DNA of 64,000 nt. Source: the human T2T-CHM13v2.0 reference genome, Homo sapiens. Numbering within the stretch: position 1 is the stretch's first letter; each line of letters starts with the position of its first letter. The translations under genes were made by a program, and so were the position numbers. The stretch lies in NCBI RefSeq assembly GCF_009914755.1, contig NC_060940.1. One strand, written 5' to 3'. The notes under the pieces are model-generated. The model worked only from the letters and a program-made list of their open reading frames with translations, was not told the origin of the DNA and ran no database searches. Shown here piece by piece: positions 26,801-41,400 of this stretch.

Positions 26801-29800
26801 CCATTCGATGACGATTCATTTCAAGTCCATTCAATGGTTCCATTCTGTTGAATTTGATGGTTCCATTTGATTCCATTCGATGATGATTCCATTCGTGTCC
26901 ATTGGATGATTCCATTCGATTCCTTTCGAGGAAGATTCCATTCGACTCCATTCGATGATTCCGTTCGATTCCATTCCATGATGATTCCATTTGATTCCAT
27001 TCCATGATTCCATTCGATACCATTCGATGATGATTCCATTCGACTCCATTTGATGAATCCATTCAATGCTTCCATTCGAGTCCATTCGATGATTCCATTC
27101 GATTCCATTCCATGAAGATTCCATTCGAGTACATTTGATGATTCCATTTAATTCCATAGGATGATGATTCTATTAGGGTCCGTTGACTATTCCATTCAAT
27201 TCCATTCGAAGATTCCATTCGAGTCCACTCGATGATTCTATTTGATTCCATTTGATAATTCCATTCGATTCCATTTGATGTTGATTCCATTCGAGTCCAT
27301 TCGATCATTATTACATTTGATTCTATTCGATGATTCCATTCGATTCCATTTGATGAGGATTCCATTCGAGACCATTTGATGATTCCATTCAATTCCATTG
27401 GATGATTCCAATATTTTCCATTAGATGATGATTCCATTCGATTCCATTCAATGATGATTCCATCAGAATCCATTCGATGATGACTCCTTTTGCTTCCATT
27501 CAATGATCATTACATTCGGTTCCATTCGATGATGATTCCTTTGGATTCCATTCGATGATGCTTCCATTCGATTCCATTTGATGATGATTCTTTTCGATTC
27601 CATTTGATGATGATTCCATTTGATTCCATTCGATGGTGATTCCATTTGATGATTCCATTCGATTGTATTCGATGATGATTCCACTCGATTCTATTTGATG
27701 ATGACTGCATTCGATTCCATTTGATGATTCCATTTGATTCCATTCGATGATGATTCTGATCAATTGCATTCGATGATCCATTCGATTCCATTTGATGGTT
27801 CCATTTGATTCCATTTGATAATGATTCCTTTCGAGTCCATTCGATGATTCCATTTGCGGATATTCGATAATTCCATTTGAGTCCAACCGATGATTCCATT
27901 CGAGGCCATTCAATCATTCTTTTTGAGTCCTTTCGATAAAGATTCCATTTTAGTCCATTCAATAATTCCACTGGAGTCCATTCGATGATTGCTTTTAATT
28001 CCATTCGATGATATTCCATTCGAGTCCATTCGATGATTCCATTCGTTGCTATTAGATGATGATTCCATTCATGACCATTTGGTGATTCCATTCGATTTCA
28101 TTCGTTGATGATTCCATTCGAGTCCATTCCATGATTCCATTCAAGTCCATTTGAAGATTTCTTTGAATTCAATTCGATGATGATTCCATTCGAGTCCATT
28201 CGATGATTCCATTCAGTTCCATTCGATGATGATTCCTTTCGAGACCATATGATGATTCCATTTGATTTCATTCGATGATGATTCCATTCGATTCCATTCG
28301 ATGATTCCATTCTATTCCATTCGATGATGATTCCATTCGAGTCCATTTAATGATTCCATTGGGTTCAATTCAATGATGATTACATTGGATTCTCTTCTAT
28401 GATACCATTCAATTCCGTTCATTGACAATTTGATTCCATTCGATGATGATTTCATTGGATTTCATTTGATGATTCTATTCGATTCCATTCAATGATGATT
28501 CACTTCTCGTCCATTGGATGATTCCATTTCATTCCATTCGATGATGATTCCATTCGATTCCATTCGATGATTCCATTTGATTCCATTCGACGGTGAGCAA
28601 TTCGATTCAATTCCATGATGATTCTATTTGATTCAGTTAGATGATGTTTCCATTCGAATCCATTCCATGATTATTCCATTGGAATCCATTCGGCGATGAT
28701 TCCATATGAGTTAATTCAATGATGCTTCCATATGGGTCAGTTCGATGATAATTCCATTTGATTTCATTCGATGCTTCTATTCAATTCCAGTCGATGATGA
28801 TTCCGTTGGAGTCCATACGATGACTCCATGTGATTTCATTTGATGGTGATTCCATTCGATTCCATTCGATGACTCCATTCTGTTCCATTCGATGATGATT
28901 CCATTCGAGTCCATTCGATGATTCCATTCGAGTCCATTTCATGATTCCATTGGGTTCAATTCGATGATGATTACACTGGATTCCATTCTATGATTCCATT
29001 CAATTCCATTCGTTGATGATTCGATTCCATTCAATGATGATTCCATTTGAGTTCATTCGATGATTCTATTCGATTCCGTTCGATGGTGATTCAATTTTAT
29101 TATATTGGATGATTCCATTCGATTCCATTTGATGATGATTCCATTCGATTCCATTCGATGATGATTCCATTTGATTCCATTTGATGTTGATTCTATTCGA
29201 TTCTATTCAATGATGATTCCATTCGATTTCATTTGATGATTCTATTCGATTCCTTTCGATGATTCTATTCCATTCCATTCGATGATGATTCAATTCTCTT
29301 CCATTGGATGATTCCATTTTATTCCATTCGACGATGACTCCATTTGATTCCATTCAATGATGATTCCATTCGATTCCATTCGGTGATTCCATTTGATTCC
29401 ATTCGACGGTGAGCAATTTGATTCAATTCCATAATGATTCTATTTGATTCAATTAGATGATGTTTCCATTCGAATCCATTCGGTGATGATTCCATTGGTA
29501 TCCATTCGACGATGATTCCATATGAGTCAATTCGATGATGATTCCATACGAGTCCGTTGGATGATAATTCCATTTGATTTCATTCAATCCTTCTATTCGA
29601 TTCCATTTGATGATGATTCCATCTGAATCCATTCTCCGATTCCATTCGATTTCATTCGATGCTTCTATTTGATTTCATTCGAAGATGATTCCTTTCAATT
29701 CCGTTCATTAATTCCATTTGATTCCATTCGATGATGATTCCATCCGATTCCATTGGATGATGATTCCATTCGAGTCCATTCGATGATTCCGTTCTAATCC

Positions 29801-32800
29801 ATTCTATGATTCCATTCGAGTCCATTCGATGATTCCATTCGATTCCATTCAGTGATGATTCCATTTGATTCCATCGGATGATGATTTCATTTGATTCCAT
29901 TCGATGATGATTCCATTGGAGTCCATTGAATGATTCAATTCAATTCCATTCCATGTGGATTCCATTCGAATTCATTCGATTATTCCATTCAAATCCCTTC
30001 GTTGATTCCATCTGATTCCACTTGACGATGATTCCATTCAAGTCCAATCGATGATTCCATTCGGTTCCATTCAATGATTCCATTCGAGTCCATTTATGTA
30101 TTATATTCGTGTCCACTTGATGACTCACTCCATTCAATTCCATTTAATGATGATTCCATTTGATTCCATTTGATGATTCAGTTCGATTCCTTACAATGAT
30201 TCCCTACGATTCCTTTCTATGATGATTCCATTCGATTCCATTCATTGATGATTCCATTCGACTCCATTCGATGATGATTCCTTTCGATTCCATTTGACGA
30301 TGTTTCCATTTGAGTCCATTCGATGATGATTCAATTCAGTTCTGTTCTATTGTGAATCCATTCGATTTCATTCAATGCTTCTATTTGATTCCATTCGACG
30401 ATGATTCCATCTCTTTCCCTTCGATGATTCCATTTGATTCCATTCAGTGATGATTCCATTTGATTCCATCTGATGATGATTTCACTTGATTCATTTCAAT
30501 GATGATTCCATTCAAGTCCATTCGATGATTCCATTGGAGTCCAAACGATCATTCCATTCGATTCCATTCAATGATGATTCCATTCATGTCCATTCAATGA
30601 ATCCTTTCAATTCCATTCGATGATGACTCCATTCGAGTACATTCGATGATTCCATTTGATTCCATTTGATGATGATTACATTCAATTCCATTCGAAGATG
30701 ATTCCATTCAATTCCACTTGATGATGATTCCGTATGAATCCATTCGCTGATTATTCCATTCGATTCCATTCATTGACGATTCCATTCGATTCCATTCAAT
30801 GATGATTCTCTTCTATTGCATTCGATGATTCCGTTCGATTCCATTCGATGATGATTCCATTAGATTCCATTCGATTGTTGCATTCGATTCCCTTCGATGA
30901 TGATTCCTTTGAATTCCATTCGATTATGATTCCGTATGAATCCATTTGATGATTATTCCATTGGATTCCTTTCGATGATGATTCCATTCGATTCCATTTG
31001 ATGATGTTTCTCATGTATTCCATTTGATAATTCCTTTCAATTCCCTTCGATGATGATTCTTTCGAGTCAATTCGATGATTCTATTCCATTCCCTTCGATG
31101 ATGATTCCATTTCACTCCATTCGATGATTCCATTCGATTCAATTTGGTGATGATTCAATTCGATGACATTCGATGACTCCATTCAATTTCATTTGATGAT
31201 GATTACATTCGAGTCCATTTGATGATTGTATTCCTTTCCTTTTGATGATTATTCCATTCGTGTCTATTCAAAGATTCCATTCTATTCCATTCAATGATGA
31301 TTCCAATTGATTCCATTCAATGATTATGGCTATCGATTCCACTCGTTGATTCCATTTGATTCCATTCGATGATTATTCCGTTAGATTCCATTAGGAGATT
31401 CCATTCGATTTTATTCAATGATTCCAATTGATTCCATTCAATGATGATTCCATTCCACTCCGTTCAGTGATTCCATTTGAGTCCATTTGAGGATTCCATT
31501 CGAGTCCATTTGATGATTCCATTCTTTTCCATTTGATGATGATTCCATTAGGGTCCATTCAATGATTCCATTCGAGTCCATTCGTTAATGCCTTTCGAGT
31601 CCTTTTGATCACTACATTCGAGTCCATTCAATGATTCTATTCGATTCCATTCCATGATGATTCCATTCGAGTTCATTCGATGATTGCATTCGAGTCCATT
31701 TGATGATTCCATATGATTCCATTCGACAATGATTCCATTCGTGTCCATTTGATGATTCCATTCATTTCCTATCGATGAAGATTCCATTCGAGTGTATTCG
31801 ATGATTCCATTCAAATCCATTCGATGATGATTCCATTCCAGTCCATTCGATCATTCCACTTGATTCCATTTGATGACTATTCCATTCAAATCCATTTGAT
31901 GATTCCATTCGATTCCATTCGATGTTACCATTCCAGTATATACGATGATTCCACTCGATTCCATTTGATGATTATTCCATTGGAGTCGACTTAGTGAATC
32001 CTTTAGATTCTACTCGAAGATGATTCCATTCGAGTCCATTCGATGATACCATTCAATTCCATTCGTTGATGCTTCCATTCAAGTGCATTCGATGATATCA
32101 TTCGATTCCATTTGATGATAATTCCATTTGATTCCATGTGATGATTCTATTCCATTCCATTCAATGATAATTCCATTCAATTCAGTGATTCCTCTGGACT
32201 CCATTTGATGATGATTCCATTCAATGATTCCATTCGATTCTATTCGAAAATGATTCCATTTGAATCCATTTGATGATGATTCCATTAGATTCCATTTGAT
32301 GATTCCATTCGATTCCATTTGACGATGATTCCATTCGATTCCATTTGATGATTCCATTCTATTCTATTCGATGATGATTCCATTCGATTCCATTCGATGA
32401 TGATTGGATTCGATTCCATTTGATGATTTCATTTGATTCCATTCGTTAATGATTTCGATCAATTCCATTCGATGATTCCATTCGATTCCATTCGATAATG
32501 ATTACATCCGAGTCCATTTGGTGATTCCATTTGAGCCTGTTCGATAATTCCATTTGAGTCCAACCAATGATTCCATTCATTTCCATTCAATGATTCCATT
32601 CGAGTCCATTTGATCATTCCGGAATTGTCCATTCGATGTTGATTCCATTGGAGTGCATTCGATGATTCCATTCGAGTCCATTTTATGATTTGATTCGAGT
32701 CCTTTCGATGATTCCATTCGATTCCACTCGATGATGATTTCATTCGAGTCCATTCGACACTTCCAATCGATTCCACTTGATGTTTCCATTCGAGTCCAAT

Positions 32801-35480
32801 TGATGATTCCATTCAATTCCATTTGATGATGATTCCGTACGATTCCATTCTGTGATGATTCCATGTGATTGCATTCAATGATGATTCCTTTCGATTGCAT
32901 TCGATTATGATTCATTTCGTGTTCATTCTATGGTTCCACAGGTTTCCATTCGTGTCCATTCCATTATTCCATTCTATTCCATTTGATGATGATTCCATTC
33001 GATTCCATTCATTGGTGATTCCACTCAATTCCATTCAATGATTCCATTCCATTTCTTTCAACAATGATTCCATTAGTTTCTAATCGATGATCCACTTGAT
33101 TCCATTTGATGACGATTCCATTCTTGTCCATTCGATGATTCCATTTGATTCCATATGATGATGATTCCATTCGATTCCATACGATGATGATTCCATTCGA
33201 GTCCATTCAATGGTGATTCCATTCAATTCCATTCGATGATTCCTTTTGATTCCATTCGATGATGATGGCATTCGATTCCTTTCAATCATTCCCTTTGATT
33301 CCATTCAAAGGTGATTTCATTCAAGTCCATTCGATAATTGCATTCGATTCCATTCTATGATGATTCCATTCGAGTCCATTTGATGATTCCATTCAATTCA
33401 AGTCAATGATGATTCCATTCGATTCCATTCGATGATTCCATTGGATTCCATTCGATGATGATTCCATTCAAATCCATTCGATAATTCAATTCAAGTCCAT
33501 TCGATGATGATTAAAATCGAATCCATTCAAAGATTCCATTCAGTTCCATTCGATGATTCCCTTAGATTCCATTCAATGATTCCACTTGATTCCATTTACG
33601 ATGATTCCATTCGATTCCATGTGATGATTCCATTCAATTCTATTCAATGCTGTTTCCATTTGATTCCATTCGACCATGATTGCCTTTGATTCCATTCAAT
33701 GACTCCATTCGGTTCCTTTTGATGATGATTCCGTTCGATTCCATTTCATTATTCCATTTGATTCCATTGGATGAGTCCATTCGATTACATTCGATGATTA
33801 TTCCATTCGAGTGCATTAGATGATTCCATTCGAGTCCATTCGATGATTCAATTCGATTCCATTCGATGTTGATTCTGTTCAAATCCATTCGATGATTCCA
33901 CTCGATTCCATTCGATGACTCCAGTTGATCCCATTCGATGATTTCCTTTGATTCCCTTTGATGATCATTCCATTTGATTCAATTCGGTGATTTCATTTGA
34001 TTCCATTCAGTGATGTTTCCATTCGACTCCATTCGATGATGATTCCATTCGACTCCATTCGATTATGATTTCATTCAATTCCATTCGATAATGATTCCCT
34101 TCGAGTCCATTCGATGATTCCATTCGATTCCATTCAACGATGATTTGATTCGTGTCCATTCGATGATTCCATTTGATTCCACTTGATGATGATTCCATTC
34201 GAGTCCATTTGATGATTCCATTCAATTCCATTCTCCGATGATTTCTTTTGAGCCCATTCAATGCTTCCACTCGATTCCATATGATGATGACTCCATTCGA
34301 TGAAATTCGATGATGATTCCATTCGCTTGCATTCGATGATGATTCCACTTGAGTCCATTAGAAGATTCTATTCAATTACATTCCATGACGATTCCGTTCG
34401 AGTCCATTTGATGATTCCATTAGACTCCATTCGACGATGATTCCATTCGATGTTATTCGATGATTCCATTCGATCTCATTCGATGATGATTCCATTCAAC
34501 TCCATTCGATGTTTCCATTCGAGTTCATTCTATTATTCCATTAGATTCCATTCGATGATGATTCCATTCGATTCCATTTGATGATTGCATTCTATTTCAT
34601 TTGATGATGATTCCATTCGAGTCCACTCGATGATTCCATTCGAGTCCATTTAATGAATCCATTGGTTTCAATTCTATGATGATTACATTGGATTACATTC
34701 GTTGATGACTTCATTCGGTTCCATTCAATGATGATTCCATTCAATTCCTTTCAATGTTTCCATTCAATTCCATACGATGATGATTCCATTTGATTTGATT
34801 CGACAGTGAGCCATTCGATTCAATTCCATGATGATTCTATTTGATTCAATTGGTTGACATTTCCATTCGATTCCATTCGATGATGATTCCCTTTGATTCC
34901 ATTCAAAGATGATTCCATTCTAGCCCATTCAATCATTCCATTCGATTCTATTCAATGATGATTCCATTCATGTCGATTTGGTGATTCCATTTGACTTCAT
35001 TTGATGATGATTCCTTTCAAGTTCATTAGATGATTCCATTCGATTCCATTTGATGATGATCCCATTCGAGTCCATTCAGTGATTCCACTCGTTTCCATTC
35101 CATGATGATTCCATTCCATTCCATTCAATGATTCCATTCGATTCCGTTTGATGATGATTTCATTCGAGTCCATTTGATGATTCCATTTGATTCCATTCCA
35201 TGATGATTCCATTCGAGTCCATTCGATGATTCTATTCGAATCCATTTGATGATTTCTTTTGATTATAGTTGGTGATGATTCCTTTGGAGTCCATTCAATG
35301 ATTCCATTCGATTCCAATCGATGGTGATTCCATTAGAGTCCATTTAATGATTCCATTTGATTCCAGTCTCTGATGATTACATTCGAGTCCATACGATGAT
35401 TCCACTCAATTCCATATGATGATGATTCCATTCGATTCCATTCGATGATTCCATTCTATTCTATTCAATGGTGATTCCAT
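23804..35480 (+). repeat. Long unit U, copy 1 (11,677 bp); blocks A ~23804-25310, B ~25311-28200, C ~28201-30070, D ~30071-31945, E ~31946-34210, F ~34211-35480
   Basis: Lies between marker starts 23804 and 35481. It contains block B and distal C, which are largely absent from X and Y. Confidence 0.9.
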
Positions 35481-38400
35481 TCGAGTACATTAGATGATTC
35501 CATTCGATTCCATTCAATGATGATTCTATTTGTGTCCCTTAGATGATTCCACATGATTCCATTAGATGATGATACTATTTGAGCCCATCCAATGATTCCC
35601 TTCAATTCCATTCGATGAGGATTCCATTCGATTCAATTCATTGGTGATTCTATTCAATTCAATTCTTTGATTCCATTCCATTCCATTCGACAATGATTCC
35701 ATTCGATTTCTTTCGATGATTCCACTCGATTCCACTTGACATTGATTCCCTTCGATTCCATTCAATGATTCCATTTGATTCCAGTGGATGATGATTGCCA
35801 TCGATTCCATTCGATCACTCCATTCTATTCCATTTGATGATGATTACATTCGATTCCATTTGACGATTCCATCTGATTCTATTCGAGGATTCCATTTGAT
35901 TCCATTCGATGATGATTCCATTCGAGTCCATTCGATGATTTCATTCGAGTACATCCAATGATTCCATTCGAGTCCATTTGATGATTCCATTTGATTCCAT
36001 TTCATAATGATTCTACTAGAGTCCATTCAATGACTCCATTGGAGTCCATTCAACACTTCCATTCGACTCCATTTGATGATTCCATTCGATTCCATTTGAT
36101 GATTCCATTCGAGTCCATTTAATCATTACAGTCAAGTCCATTTGGTGATTCCACTGGATTTCTTTAGATAATGATACCATTCAATTACATTTGATGATGA
36201 TCCCATTCAATTTCATTTGATGATGATTCCATTAGAGTCCATTCGATGATTTCTTTCGAGTCCCTTCATTGATTCCATCCGATTTCATTGGATGATGACT
36301 CCATTCGAGTCCATTCGATGATTCCACTCGATTCCATTAGATGATTCCATTGGAGTCCATTTGATTGTTCCATTCGATTCCATTCGATTCCTTTCGAAGA
36401 TTATTCCATTTGAGTCCATTCGATGATGATTCCATTCCATTCCATTCGATGATTCCGTTTGATTCCATTCGATGAATCCCTTCGATTCCTTTCTTTGATG
36501 ATTCCATTCCATTCCATTCAATGATTCCATTCGAATCTATTCCGTGATGATTCCTTTCGATTCCATTCGCTGATGTTTCCTTTCAATTCCATTCGATGAT
36601 GATTCCATTTGATTCCATTCATTGAGGATTCCATTTGATTCCATTCAATGATGTTTCCGTTCTATTCCATTCAATGATTGCATTCAATTCCATTCAATGA
36701 TTATCCCCTTAGAGTAAACTCAACGATTCCATTCAATACCATTCGATGATGATTCCTTTTGAGTCCATTCAATGATTTCATTCAAGTCCATTTGATGATT
36801 CCTTTCAATTCCATTCTATGATGATTCCATTCGAGTCCATTCGATGATTCCATTCGATTGCATTCGATGATTCCATTATATTCCAGTCAACGATGATTCC
36901 ATTCGAGTCCATTCGATGATTCCATTAGAGTACATTTAATGATTGCTTTGTTTTCAATTCGAAGATGATTACATTCGATTCCATTCTATGATACCATTCG
37001 ATTCCATTCAATGATGATTCCACTCAAATCCATTGGATGATTCCATTCGTGTCCATTCGGTGATTTCATTAGATTCCATTCGAGGATGATTCCATTCGAT
37101 TCCATTCGATGATTCCATTCAATTCCATTCGATGATGATTCCATTCCAGTCCATATGATCATTCCATTTGATTTCATTCGATGATGATTCCATTCGATTC
37201 CATTCGATGATTCCATTCTATTCCATTCGATGATGATTCCATTCGAGTCCATTCGATGATTCCATTCGAGTCCATTTAATGATTCCATTGGGTTCAATTC
37301 AATGATGATTACATTGGATTCCGTTCTATGATTCCATTCAATTCCGTTCATTGACAATTTGATTCCATTCGATGATGATTCCATTTGAGTTCATTCGATG
37401 ATTCTATTCGATTCTCTTCGATGGTGATTCAATTCTATTATATTGGATGATTCCATTCGATTCCATTTGATGTTGATTCAATTCGATTCTATTCGATGAT
37501 GATTCCATTGGATTTCACTTGATGATTCTATTCGATTCCATTCAATGATGATTCACTTCTCGTCCATTGGATGATTCCATTTCATTCCATTCGATGATGA
37601 TTCCATTCGATTCCATTCGATGATTCCATTTGATTCCATGCGACGGTGAGCAATTCGATTCAATTCCATGATGATTCTATTTGATTCAATTAGATGATGT
37701 TTCCATTCGAATCCATTCCACGATTATTCCATTGGAATCCATTTGGCGATGATTCCATATGAGTCAATTCAATGATGATTCCATATGGGTCCGTTCGATG
37801 ATAATTCCATTTGATTTCATTCAATGCTTCTATTCTATTCCAGTCGATGATGATTCCGTTGGAGTCCATACGATGATTCCATTTGATTTCATTTGATGAT
37901 GATTCCATTCGATGATGATTACATTGGATTCCATTCAATGATTCCATTCAATTCCATTCGTTGATGATTCGATTCCATTCAATGATGATTCCATTTGAGT
38001 TCATTCGATGATTCTATTCGATTCCGTTCGATGGGGATTCAATTCTCTTATATTGGATGATTCCACTCGATTCCATTTGATGATTATTCCATTGGAGTCC
38101 ACTTAGTGAATCCTTTAGATTCTACTCGAAGATGATTCCATTCGAGTCCATTCAATGATACCATTCAATTTCATTCGTTGATGCTTCCATTCAAGTGCAT
38201 TCGATGATATCATTCGATTCCATTTGATGATAATTCCATTTGATTCCATGCGATGATTCTATTCGATTCCATTCAATGATAATTCCATTCAATTCAGTGA
38301 TTCCTCTGGACTCCATTTGATGATTATTCCATTCAATGATTCCATTCGATTCTATTCCAAAATGATTCCATTTGAATCCATTTGATGATGATTCCATTAG

Positions 38401-41400
38401 ATTCCATTTGATGATTCCATTCGATTCCATTTGACGATGATTCCATTCGATTCCATTTGATGATTCCATTCTATTCTATTCGATTATGATTCCATTCGAT
38501 TCCATTTGATGATGATTGGATTCGATTCCATTTGATGATTTCATTTGATTCCATTCGTTAATGATTTCGATCAACTCCATTCGATGATTCCATTTGATTC
38601 CATTCGATAATGATTACATCCGAGTCCATTCGATGATTCCATTTGAGCCCGTTCGATAATTCCATTTGAGTCCAATCAATGATTCCATTCATTTCCATTC
38701 AATGATTCCATTCGAGTCCATTTGATCATTCTGGTAGGGTCCGTTCGATGTTGATTCCATTGGAGTGCATTCGATGATTCCATTCGAGTCCATTTTATGA
38801 TTTGATTCGAGTCCTTTCGATGATTCCATTCGATTCCACTCGATGATGATTTCATTCGAGTCCATTCGACACTTCCAATCGATTCCATTTGATGTTTCCA
38901 TTCGAGTCCAATTGATGATTCCATTCAATTCCATTCGATGATGATTCCGTACGATTCCATTCTGTGATGATTCCATGTGATTGCATTCAATGATGATTCC
39001 TTTCAATTGCATTCGATTATGATTCATTTCGTGTTCATTCTATGGTTCCACAGGTTTCCATTCGATGACGTTTCCGTTCGTGTCCATTCCATTATTCCAT
39101 TCTATTTCATTTGATGATGATTCCATTCGATTCCATTCATTGGTGATTCCACTCAATTCCATTCAATGATTCCATTCCATTTCTTTCAACAATGATTCCA
39201 TTAGTTTCTATTCGATGATCCACTTGATTCCATTTGGCGATGATTCCATTCGTGTCCATTCGATGATTCCATTTGATTCCATATGATGATGATTCCATTC
39301 GATTCCATACCATGATGATTCCATTCGAGTCCATTCAATGGTGATTCCATTCAATTCCATTCGATGATTCCTTCCGATTCCATTCGATGATGATGGCATT
39401 CGATTCCTTTCAATCATTCCCTTTGATTCCATTCAAAGGTGATTTCATTCAAGTCCATTCGATAATTGCATTCGATTCCATTCTATGATGATTCCATTCG
39501 AGTCCATTTGATGATTCCATTCAATTCAAGTCAATGATGATTCCATTCGATTCCACTCGATGATTCCATTGGATTCCATTCGATGATGATTCCATTCAAA
39601 TCCATTCGATAATTCAATTCAAGTCCATTCGATGATGATTCCAATCGAATCCATTCAAAGATTCCATTCAATTCCATTCGATGATGATTCCCTTAGATTC
39701 CATTCGATGATTCCACTTGATTCCATTTACGATGATTCCATTCGATTCCATGTGATGAATCCATTCAATTCTATTCAATGATGTTTCCATTTGATTCCAT
39801 TGGACCATGATTGCCTTTGATTCCATTCAATGATTCCATTCGGTTCCATTTGATGATGATTCCGTTCGATTCCATTTCATTATTCCATTTGATTCCATTG
39901 GATGAGTCCATTCGATTACATTCGATGATTATTCCATTCGAGTGCATTAGATGATTGCATTCGAGTCCATTCGATGATTCCATTCGATTCCATTCGATGT
40001 TGATTCTGTTCAAATCCATTCGATGATTCCACTCGATTCCATTCGATGACTCCATTTGATCCCATTCGATGATTTCCTGTGATTCCCTTTGATGATCATT
40101 CTATTTGATTCAATTCGGTGATTTCATTTCATTCCATTCAGTGATGTTTCCATTCGACTGTATTCGATGATGATTCCATTCGACTCCATTCGATTATGAT
40201 TTCATTCAATTCCATTCAATAATGATTCCCTTCGAGTCCATTCGATGATTCCATTCGATTCCATTCAACGATGATTTGATTCGTTTCCATTCGATGATTC
40301 CATTTGATTCCACTTGATGATGATTCCATTCGAGTCCATTTGATGATTCCATTCGAGTCTATTTATGTATTATATTCGTGTCCACTTCATGATTCCATTC
40401 AATTCCATTTAATGTTGATTCCATTTGATTCCATTTGATGATTCAGTTCGATTCCTTGCAATGATTCCCTAGGATTCCTTTCTATGATGATTCCATTCGA
40501 TTCCATTCATTGATGATTTCATTCGACTCCATTCGATGATGATTCCTTTCGATTCCATTTGACGATGTTTCCATTCGAGTCCATTCGATGATGATTCTAT
40601 TCAATTCTGTTCTATTATGATTCCATTCGATTTCATTCAATGCTTCTATTTGATTCCATTCGATGATGATTCCATCTCTTTCCCTTCGATGATTCCATTT
40701 GATTCCATTCAGTGATGATTCCATTTGATTCCATCTGATGATGATTTCACTTGATTCCTTTCAATGATGATTCAATTCAAGTCCATTCGATGATTCCATT
40801 GGAGTCCAAACGATCATTCCGTTCGATTCCATTCAATGGTGATTCCATTCATGTCCATTCGATGAATCCATTCAATTCCATTCGATGATGACTCCATTCG
40901 AGTACATTCGATGATTCCATTTGATTCCATTGGAAGATGATTCCATTCAATTCCATTCGAAGATGATTCCATTCAATTCCATTCGATGATGATTCCGTAT
41001 GAATCCATTCTCTGATTATTCCATTCGATTCCATTCATTGACGATTCCATTCAATTCCATTCAATGATGATTCTCTTCTATTCCATTCGATGATTCCGGT
41101 CGATTCCATTCGATGATGATTCCATTAGATTCCATTCGATTGTTGCATTCGATTCCCTTCGATGATGATTCCTTTGAATTCCATTCGATTATCATTCCGT
41201 ATGAATCCATTTGATGATTATTCCATTGGATTCCTTTCGATGATGATTCCATTCGATTCCATTTGATGATGTTTCTCTTGTATTCCATTGGATAATTCCT
41301 TTCCGTTCCCTTCGATGATTATTCTTTCGAGTCAATTCGATGATTCTATTCCATTCCCTTCGATGATGATTCCATTTCACTCCATTTGATGATTCCATTC

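Larger units (their letters stand above)
10187..35480 (+). repeat. 25.3-kb super-repeat (X+Y+U), copy 1 (25,294 bp)
   Basis: ORF offsets are 25294 (10268->35562, 18899->44193), then 25293 (20225->45518, 28098->53391), then 25417-25445 after several indels. Translations are near-identical. Confidence 0.95.

Noticed and set aside
27510-28091. Longest ORF (193 aa), identical in the copy at 52803-53384
   Set aside because: The identity reflects the recent 25-kb duplication rather than selection. It has the same repeat-derived peptide content and overlaps other ORFs in different frames.
33504-33689. The only plus-strand ORF (61 aa)
   Set aside because: It results from chance loss of stop codons through copy-private mutations and is not reported in the homologous blocks.
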